Source: the human T2T-CHM13v2.0 reference genome, Homo sapiens
Assembly: GCF_009914755.1 (NCBI RefSeq)
Contig: NC_060928.1
Reading direction: 5' to 3' (one strand)
DNA: 64,000 nt
Both the position numbers and the translations under genes were made by a program. Positions 14,462 through 22,961 of the stretch are shown here, in pieces. The notes below the pieces were generated by a model that worked only from the letters and a program-made list of their open reading frames with translations, was not told the DNA's origin and searched no databases. Numbering within the stretch: the stretch's first letter is position 1; each line of letters opens with the position of its first letter.

Positions 14462-14612
14462 TGTATGTATATAAATGAAATATATATATATATACATGAA
14501 ATATATATATACATGAAATATATATATACATGAAATATATATATATATTAGCATTCAACTCAGCAATCCCATTTTATATATATATACACACACACACGAA
14601 ATATATATATAT
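14462..14612. repeat. AT-rich micro/minisatellite (catgaaatatatatata units; TA/CA runs) inside L1
   Basis: Read directly. Confidence 0.9.
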
Positions 14613-14656
14613 GGGATTGTTGAGTTTAATGGTAATTCTGTTTTAAGTTCACTGAA

Positions 14657-15041
14657 TGCATTAGTCCGTTCTCACACTGCTATAAAGAGCTACCTGAGAC
14701 TGGGTAATTTATGTAGAAAAGAGGTTTAATTGACTTACAGTTCTGTAGGCTGTACAGGAAGCATGGCTGGGAGACCTCAGGAAACTTACAATCATGATGA
14801 AAGGCAAAGAGGAAGCAAGTACATCTTAGCATGGTGGAGCAGGAGAGAGAGAGAGCAAAGGGGGAAGTGTTACACATTTTTAAACAACCATATCTTGTGA
14901 GAACTCACTCACTATCATAAGAACAGCAAGGGGGAAATCTGCCCCCATGATCCAGTCATCTCCCACCAGGTCCCTGTCCCAACACTGGAAATTAAAATTT
15001 GACGTGAGATTTGTTTAAGGACACAGAGCCAAATCATATCA
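14657..15041 (-). mobile_element. MSTA-like MaLR solo LTR inserted in L1
   Basis: tgcattagtcc...ccaaatcatatca termini; 'ggctgtacaggaagcatggctggg'; 5-bp TSD ctgaa/ctgag. Confidence 0.9.
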
Positions 15042-16519
15042 CTGAGAAATCTCCAAACTGCTCTCCATAGTGGCTGAACTAATTTACCTCCCCACCAACA
15101 GTGTATCAGCATCCCCTTTTCTTCACTGCCTTGCCAGCACTTGCTGTTTCTTGACTTTTTAGTAACAGCTATTCTGACTGGTGTGAGATGGTATCTCATT
15201 GTGGTTTGGATTTGCATTTATCTAATGATTAGTGATACTGAGCATATTTTCATATATTTGTTGGCTGCTTGTAGGTCTTCTTTTGAGAAGTGTCTGTTCA
15301 TGTCTTTTGCCCAATTTTTAATGGGAGTATTTGCTTTTTGTCTCTTGATTTTTTTAAGTTTCCTATATATTCTGGATATTTGGCATTTGCCAGATACATA
15401 ATTTGTGAATATTTTCTCCCATTCTGTAGGTTGTTTGTTTACTCTTTTGATGGTTTCTTTTGCTATGCAGAAACTCTAATTTAATTAGATCCCACTTGTC
15501 AATTTTTGTTTTTGTTGCAATGGGTTTTGAGGACTAAGTAAAATTCTTTCATAAGGCTGATGTCCAGAATGGTGTTTCCTGGAATTTTTTTTCTAGAGTT
15601 ATTAAAGTTTGAGGTCTTACATATAAATCTGTTATACATCTCGAATTAAATTTTGTACATGAGGAAATGTAGTGATCCAGCTTCATTCTGCATATGACTA
15701 GCCAATTATCCAAGCACCATTTATTGTATAGGGAGTCCTTTCTCCATTGCTTATTTTGGTCAACTTTGTCAAAGATCATATTACTGTAGGTGTGTGGCTT
15801 TATTTCTGGTTTCTCCATTCTGTTTCATTGGCCTGTGTGTGTTTCTGTACCAGCACCATGCTGTTTGGGTACAGTGGCCTTATAGTAGAGTTTGAAGTCA
15901 GCTAATGTTACACCTCTGGTTTTGCTCTTTTTGATTGCTTTGTCTATATGGGTTCTTCTTTGTTTCCATATGAATTTTAGAATAATTGTTTCTAATTCTA
16001 TGAAGAATTACATTGGTAGTTTAATAGAAATAGTGTTGAATCTGTGGATTGTTTGGGGCTACATGACCCTTTTAATAATAATGAGTCTTTCAATCCATGT
16101 GCATGCAATTTTTTTTCATTTCTTTGTGTAATATATGATATATTTCAGCAGTGTTTTTTAGTTCTTGTAGTAATTTTTCACCTTCTTGGTTAGCTGTATT
16201 TCTAGATATTTAAATTTTACAGCTATTGTAGATTGAATTGCATTCTTAATTTGGCTTGTGGCTAGAACATTATTAGTGTATAGAAATGCTACTAATTTTT
16301 ATACATTGATTTTGTATGCTGAAACTTTATTGAAGTCATTTATCAGTTCCAGGAGCCTTTTGGTGGAGTCTTTAGTGTTTTCTAGGTATAGAATCATATT
16401 GTCAGTGAAAAGAGATAATTTGACTTTTTAAAATCTTATATGGATGCTTTTATTTCTTTCTCTTGTCTGATTGTTCTGGAAAGTACTTCCAACACAAGTA
16501 TTGTATTGAAGAGGTGAAG

Positions 16520-16569
16520 GAAGACTGTTTCTTTGTCTCGTTTCGAAGACTGTTTCGTTGTCTTGTTTC
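16520..16569. repeat. 25-bp tandem duplication (gaagactgtttc[t/g]ttgtct[c/t]gtttc x2) within L1
   Basis: Read directly, 2 mismatches. Confidence 0.9.
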
Positions 16570-18434
16570 AGTTTTCAAGGGGAATATTTCTAGTTTTCTG
16601 CCCGTTTAATATGTTGGTATCTTCATTTAATGCCTATTTTCTTGAGATCTTTTATAATGAAGAGATGTTGAATTTTGTCAACACCTTTTTCTGTGTCTAT
16701 TGAGATGATCATATGGTTTTTATTTTAATCTGTTCATGTGGTGAATCACATTTATTGATTTTGCTATGTTGAACCAAGATTTCATCTCAGGAATAAAGCC
16801 TACTTGATCATGTTGGACTAACCTTTGATATACTGTTTGATTTTGTTGTGTCTTCTTAAAGATTTTTGCATCTATGTTCATCAGATATGTTGGACTTTAT
16901 TACCCACGGTGAGCATTAGACAGTACATCAGGGCAGAAAACTAATAAATAAATTCTGGACTTAAATTCAACACTTGACCAATTGTTCCTAAGAGAAATCT
17001 ACAGGACAGTCTACCCATCAACACATCAACAATAGAATGTATATTCTTCTCCTCTGCACACGACACATACTCCAAGATCAACCACATGGTCAACCATAAA
17101 ACAAGTCTGAATAAATTTAAAAAATAGAAATCATACCAACCATACTCTTGGACCACAGTGGAACAATACCAAGAATCAATACCAAGAAGATATCTGAAAA
17201 TCACACAACTACATGGAAATGAAACAACGTGTCCCTGAATGACTTTTGGGTAAACAATAAACTTAAGGCAGAAATAAAAATCTTCTTTCAAATAAATGAA
17301 ACAGAGGCACAACATACCAATGTCCCTGGGATGCACCATAAACAGTGTTAAGTGGAAAGTTTGCAGTGCTAAACACCTACCTCAAAAAATTAGAAATATC
17401 TCAAATTAACAAGCTAACTTTACATCTAGAAAAACAAGAAAAAAGTAACCCCAAAGCTTGCAGATGAAAATAAATAACTAAAATTTGAGCAGAATTGAAC
17501 AAAAGTGAGAATAAAAAAATCTATACAAAGAACCAAGAAAACCAAAAGTTGTTTTTTTTTGCAAGGTTAAACAAGATCAGTGGACTGCTAGCTGGATTAA
17601 CAAAGAAAAAGAAAACAGAGAGACAACCAAAATAAACACAATCGTAAATGACAAAGGTGACACTGGAACTGATTCCATAGAAATGCAAAAGGTCTCGTAG
17701 ACTACTATGACCACCTCCATGCACATCAACTAGAAAATCTAGGGGAAATGTATGCATTCCTGGAAACAAACAATCTCCCAAGATTGAATCAGGAAGCAGG
17801 AGTAACTATAAAGAGACTAATATTGAGTTCTGAAATGGAATCTGTAATAAAAAATATACCAACCAGAGAGAGTCCTTGAGCAGAAAAATTCACAGCTGAA
17901 TTCTACCAGATAAACAAAGAGCTAGTACCAATACTACTGAAACTATTCCAAAAAATTAGGGAGGAAGGCTTCTTTCCTTAATCATTCTACCAAACCAGCA
18001 TCATCCTGATACCAAAACCTGGCAAAGACACAAGAAAATAAATTAAAAATAATAATTATTTATACTATAAATGAATTTATACACTGTTACAATTTGTTGC
18101 AAAACATACATTTTGCTCATTTTTGTTTTATTCAATTAAACATTTATCTTAATGTCTTCATTTATTTTTAAAATGCAATTTCTAAGTTTTTGATGTGGAA
18201 AATATAGCAATGTAAACAGAAACATTTGTAATAGTGTGCTTTTAAGATCAAAAGAATCATATTCATTTTCTTCTTTCAAGGAAACATCATCTATAAAGCC
18301 ATCCAATACCTTTTTGAATCTGGTTTCAGTATCAAAAATTCATAAGAATTAAATTAGAGATTGTATGTAACTTTCATATGCCATACTAAAAACATCACTG
18401 TATGAAAGCTGCTCTTACTGTAGTTCGATTACTT

Positions 18435-18767
18435 GGGGATTAAAGCCTGTTATCACTCGCCTGCTACAGCATGGGCTTCTAAAACCTATAAACTCTCCTT
18501 ACAATTCTCCCATTTTGTCTGTTCAAAAACCGGACAAGTCTTACAGGTTAGTTCAGGATCTGCGCCTTATCAACCAAATTGTTTTGCCTGTCCACCCTGT
18601 GGTGCCCAACCCATACACTCTTTTGTCCTCAATACCTTCCTCCACAACTCACTATTCTGTTCTTGATCTTAAAGATGCTTTTTTCACTATTCCCCTACAC
18701 CCCTCGTCCCAGCCTCTCTTTGCTTTTACCTGGACTGACCCTGACACCATCAGTCCCAGCAGCTTAA
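18435..18767 (+). pseudogene. pol: HERV-H pol (RT N-terminal) fragment; inverted duplicate of 19878-20210
   Basis: Peptide [21 protein letters not shown]...[27 protein letters not shown] is a gammaretroviral RT motif A region. Confidence 0.95.
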
Positions 18768-18824
18768 TGTCACGTGCGTCCATGAGAAGAGACCACTAAA
18801 CAGGATTTGTGTGAGCAACAAGGC
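18768..18824 (-). mobile_element. HERV-H LTR terminal (R/U5) 57-bp fragment
   Basis: Reverse complement matches 19821-19877 and ends ...gtgaca. Confidence 0.95.
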
Positions 18825-18825
18825 A

Positions 18826-18970
18826 GATATCCAGTGGGGTCCCGTACAGATGGGACATGGTTTAGGAAGAATCCTGGGCTGCGGGCATTCCTTGGCCCAG
18901 TGGCCAGATTTCCACACTTGAAGCAAGATCCTAGGGGAGGAGATCCTAGAGGAATGCCTGACCACTGTGG
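18826..18970 (-). pseudogene. gag: Displaced HERV-H gag nucleocapsid (zinc knuckle) fragment
   Basis: [28 protein letters not shown]; same-orientation homologue of 20854-20999. Confidence 0.92.
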
Positions 18971-19441
18971 CTTTTTACCTAAATCAATCTGGCCTGGTAT
19001 ATGACAACATAAAAAAACTCAAGGATAGAGCCCAAAAATTCGCCAACCAAGCAAATAATTATGCTGAACCCCCTTGGGCACTCCCTAATTGGATGTCCTG
19101 GGTCCTCCCAATTCTTAGTCCTTTAATACCTATTTTTCTTCTCTTATTCGGACTTTCCATTTAGTTTCTCAATTCATGCAAAAACGCATCCAGGCCATCA
19201 CCAAGCATTCTATACAATAAACACTCCTTCTAACAAGCCCACAATATCACCCCTTACACCCAAATCTTTCTTCAATTTTCTCTCTCCCACTCTAGGTTCC
19301 TACCCCACCCCTAATCCTGCTTGAAGCAGCCCTGAGAAACATCACCCATTATCTCTCCATACCACCCCCCAAAATTTTCGCCCCCTCAACACTTCACCAC
19401 TATTTTGTTTTGTTTTTCTTATTAATATAAGAAGACAGGAA
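18971..19441 (+). pseudogene. env: HERV-H env TM C-terminal remnant, 3' untranslated region and polypurine tract
   Basis: FYLNQSGLVYDNIKKLKDRAQKFANQANNYAEPPWALPNWMSWVLPILSPLIPIFLLLFG; purine run 'aagaagacaggaa' abuts the LTR. Confidence 0.92.
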
Positions 19442-19877
19442 TGTCAGGCGTCTGAGCCCAAGCTAAGCCATCATATCCCCTGTGACCTGCATGTATACAT
19501 CCAGATGGCCTGAAACAACTGAATATCCATGAAATAAGTGAAAATAGCCTTAACTGATGACATTCCACCATTGTGATTTGTTTCTGCCCCACCCTAACTG
19601 ATCAATGTACTTTGTAAAAATCTCGCCCACCCTTAGGAAGGTTCTTCGTAATTCTCCCCACCCTTGAGAATATACTTCGTGAGATCCACCCCCTGCCTGC
19701 AAAACATTTCTCCTAACTCCACTGCCTATCCCAAAACCTATAAGAACTAATGATAATCCCACCACCCTTTACTGACTCTCTTTTGGGACTCAGCCTGCCT
19801 GCACCCAGGTGAAATAAACAGCCTTGTTGCTCACACAAAGCCTGTTTGGTGGTCTTTTCACATGGACGTGCATGACA
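19442..19877 (+). mobile_element. HERV-H 3' LTR (LTR7 family, LTR7B/C-like)
   Basis: tgtcaggcgtctgagcccaagctaagcc...catgaca; TG..CA termini; tataa ~19739; aataaa 19813-19818; preceded by PPT. Confidence 0.96.
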
Positions 19878-20620
19878 TTAAGCTGCTGGGACTGATGGGT
19901 GTCAGGGTCAGTCCAGGTAAAAGAAACAGAGGCTGGGACGAGGGGTGTAGGGAAATAGTGAAAAAAGCGTCTTTAAGATCAAGAACAGAATAGTGAGTCG
20001 TAGAGGAAGGTATTGAGGACAAAAGAGTGTACGGGTTGGGCACCACAGGGTGGACAGGCAAAACAATTTGGTTGATAAGGCGCAGATCCTGAACTAACCT
20101 GTAAGACTTGTCCCGTTTTTGAACAGGTAAAATGGGAGAATTGTAAGGAGAGTTTATAGGTTTTAGAAGCCCATGGCGTAGCAGGCAAGTGATAACAGGC
20201 TTTAATCCCCTTAAAGCCTGTTATGGGATGGGATACTGGCATTGGGTGGGGTGATTAGGTTTTAACGAGATAGTAATGGGCATGTGATCGGTTGCCAGGG
20301 AGGGTGTGGAGGTGTCCCATACTTGTGGGTTAAGGTGGGGGGATATGAGAGGAAGATGTGAAGGAGGCTCTGGGTTGGGAAGAAGGGTGGCAATGAGATG
20401 TGGCTGTGGTCCAGGAATAATCAGGGAAGCAGATAATTTGGTTAAAATGTCTCGGCCTAATAAGGGAACTGGGCAGGTGGGGATAACTGAAAAAGAGTAC
20501 ATAAAAGAATGTTGTCCAAGTTGGCACCAGAGTGGGGGAGTTTTAAGGGGTTTTGAAGCTTGGCTGTCAATACTCAGAACAGTTATGGGGCCAAGGGAAA
20601 ACAGGCCCTTCAAAAGAAGG
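19878..20620 (-). pseudogene. pol: HERV-H pro and 5' pol (RT), frameshifted, truncated at the LTR junction
   Basis: ...PTCPVPLLGRDILTKL (protease), ...[23 protein letters not shown] (RT). Confidence 0.93.
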
Positions 20621-20699
20621 TAATGTGGAGTGGGTAGCCCCCGTTATCGATTAAACAAGGGATGGACTTACCCTCCACTGTAAGAGTTACTTGAAGCTC

Positions 20700-21992
20700 G
20701 GCATCCTTGATGGTCCAGGGGGCTTCTGAGGTGATCGGGCAGCATCAGTCTTCAACTGCTAAGCTGAGGAGATCTGGGAAGGAGTCAGTCAGAGAGCCTT
20801 GGGCCAGAGTTACAGGGGCTCTGGGAGTGGCTGCCAGGAGAGTTGGACAGTCCGATTTCCAGTGGGTTCCCTCACAGTTGGGACACAGCTTAGGAGGAAT
20901 CCCAGGTTGTGGGCATTCCTTGGCCCAGTGGCCAGATTTCCAGCACTTGAAACAAAATCCTGGGGGAGGCGGTCCTGGAGGAACACCTGGCCACTGCGGT
21001 TTAGACGTTTTGAAGTTCTTGTGTACTGGAAATGTGGCTGGGATTTCTCTCACAGTGGAGGCAAGTAATTGCAATTCAGAAATATGTTGCTACTTGGCTG
21101 CCTCTATTCTATTATTGTACACCTTGAAGGCGAGGTTAGTTAGGTCCTGTTGTGGGGTTTGAGGGCCAGAATCTAATTTTTGGAGCTTTTTCTAAAGTCG
21201 GGAGCGGATTGGGTAATAAAATGCATATTGAGAATAAGACAGCCTTCTTCTGGGGTCTAGGACAGTAAAGCGTCTAAGGATTGTTGCCAAATGGGCCATG
21301 AACTGGGCTGGGTTTTTATATTTGATGAAAAAGAGCCTAAATGCTAACTGATTTGGGAGAGGTTGGATGAAGAAAAACGAGAATTAACCCTGACTATTCT
21401 CCAGCCACCTCTTTAAGAGGAAATTGTTGGGCAGGTGGGGGAGGGCTAGTCGCAGAACGAAACTGTAAGCCAGACCAGGTGTGAGGAGGGGAGGTGATAG
21501 AAAGATTTTAGGGTGGGGGAGCAGAGGCTGAGGAAGAATTGGGACCTGGCTAGGCCTGGCGAGGAGCAGCCTGGGGGAGAAGGGGAGAGGTCAGATGAGT
21601 CCGTAGAAAAGAAGGATTCAAAGGTCTCAGAGCTTGGAGTGGAGACTGAAGGAACAGACAGGAGAGAAAGAATAAAGATTTGGGATCAGTGGCATTGGGA
21701 GCAGAGAGTAGGGAGGGACCAATGTGTAAAAGAAGGCCTGGATGTCAGGCACCTCAGATCATTTGCCCATTTTTCAATAAAAATTATCTAGATCATGTAG
21801 GATAGACAAATCGAAAGTGCCATTCTCTGGCCACTTGGAACTACTGTCGAGTTTGTACTGGGGCCAAACAGTATTGCAGAAGAAAATAAGACGCTTAGAT
21901 TTTGGGTCAGGAGAGAGTTGGAGAGGTTTTAATTTCTTGAGAACACAGGCTAAGGGAGAAGAAGGAGGAATGGAGGGTGGAAGGTTGCCCAT
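20700..21992 (-). pseudogene. gag: HERV-H gag, disrupted (MA start MGNLPPSIPPSSPLAC...; NC with CX2CX4HX4C and a second knuckle)
   Basis: ORFs 21774-22205 and 20745-21074 ([27 protein letters not shown]); not continuous. Confidence 0.92.
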
Positions 21993-22079
21993 AGTGAAGG
22001 AGGCAAGTTTAAAGAGAAGGTTAGAGACACGGAGAAGTGGGGTGGGGAGTAGCCCTGGACTGCAATGTGGGTGAGCAGC

Positions 22080-22225
22080 CAAAGCAGGCGTCCGCGCAAT
22101 TGACTTACCACCATGGGAATGTGAGTGAATGACCAAGGCAGGCGTCCCCGTGGTGATCAGACACCAATGGAATGTGAGTGAATAATCAGGCAGGCATCCC
22201 CACAATGATTAAACACCAAGGGAAG
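22080..22225 (-). repeat. ~53-bp imperfect tandem repeats (about 3 copies) in the HERV-H leader
   Basis: Repeated 'gcaggcgtcc...cacca...ggaatgtgagtgaat'. Confidence 0.8.
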
Positions 22226-22380
22226 GCTGTCTTTCTGAGTCCGTGACCTGTGCCGGAGTTTTGGGTCCACTGATAAAATGTGTCTCCTTTGTCTCTACTA
22301 GAGAGGAAAAAGAACAGGAATTGGAAGGACAGGGAGATTGAAGGGTAGCGAGAGAGCCTGGAGAAGAGAGTGAAAAGACC

Positions 22381-22389
22381 GCTTACCCG
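22381..22389 (-). promoter_or_regulatory. HERV-H major splice donor (CGG|GTAAGC)
   Basis: Reverse complement of 'gcttacccg', ~140 nt downstream of the 5' LTR, the known position of the HERV-H donor. Confidence 0.75.
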
Positions 22390-22509
22390 ATTTGAAATTG
22401 GTGAGAAGTTCCTTGGGCTGGTTGGTCTGAGGACCCAAAGTCATAGGTGGATCTCTTCACGGAGTGAGGATGAGGACAGGAGACTGGTCTCCCGAAGGAG
22501 TCCCTCTGA

Positions 22510-22527
22510 CCCAGGTCTTCTGCACCA
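22510..22527 (-). promoter_or_regulatory. Primer-binding site TGGTGCAGAAGACCTGGG (tRNA-Phe-like)
   Basis: Starts after a 2-nt spacer from the LTR end; closer to Phe PBS TGGTGCCGAAACCCGGGA than His PBS TGGTGCCGTGACTCGGAT. Confidence 0.8.
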
Positions 22528-22529
22528 AA

Positions 22530-22961
22530 TGTCTCACGCGTCCTTGTGAAGAAAGTCCACCAACAGGATTTGTGTGAACAGCAAGGCTGTTTATTTCACC
22601 TGGGTGCAGGTGGGCTGAGTCCAAAAAAGGAGTCAGCGAAGGGTGGTGGGATTATCATTAGTTCTTACAGGTTTTGGGACAGGCGGTGGAGTTAGGAGCA
22701 ATGTTTTGCCGGCAGGTGGTGGATCTCACAATATACATTCTCAAGGGTGGGGAGAATTACAAAGAACCTTCTTAAGGGAGGGAAATTACAAAGTACATTG
22801 ATCAGTTAGGGTGGGGCAGAAACAAATCACAATGGTGGAATGTCATCAGTTAAGGCTATTTTCACTTATTTTGTGGATGTTTAGTTGTTTCAGGCCATCT
22901 GGATGTATATATGCAGGTCACAGGGGATATGATGGCTTAGCTTGGGCTCAGAGGCCTGACA
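22530..22961 (-). mobile_element. HERV-H 5' LTR (LTR7 family, LTR7B/C-like)
   Basis: Reverse complement tgtcaggcctctgagcccaagctaagcc...gtgagaca, followed by PBS, leader and gag. Confidence 0.96.

Larger units (their letters stand above)
13953..18040 (-). mobile_element. L1PB/old-L1PA element with 5' inversion (minus 13953-16893; inverted plus segment ~16894-18040)
   Basis: 3' end 'tttcaacttttattttagatgcagggggtaca'; ORF2 C-terminal peptides ([17 protein letters not shown]; ...IFDKVDQNKQWRKDSLYNKWC); strand switch at ~16893; candidate TSD 13928-13952 / 18041-18065. Confidence 0.9.

Noticed and set aside
18435-20210. Assembly artefact as the explanation for the HERV-H inverted duplication
   Set aside because: The arms carry many independent, mostly CpG-type substitutions, as expected for an old genuine duplication; long reads would still be the decisive test
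21774-22205. 143-aa ORF extending upstream of the gag ATG
   Set aside because: Known HERV-H pre-gag leader with a non-ATG start; it terminates early in MA, so it is not an intact gene
22080-22225. Repeat-spacer-like array
   Set aside because: Imperfect tandem units of the HERV-H leader in eukaryotic DNA; not CRISPR
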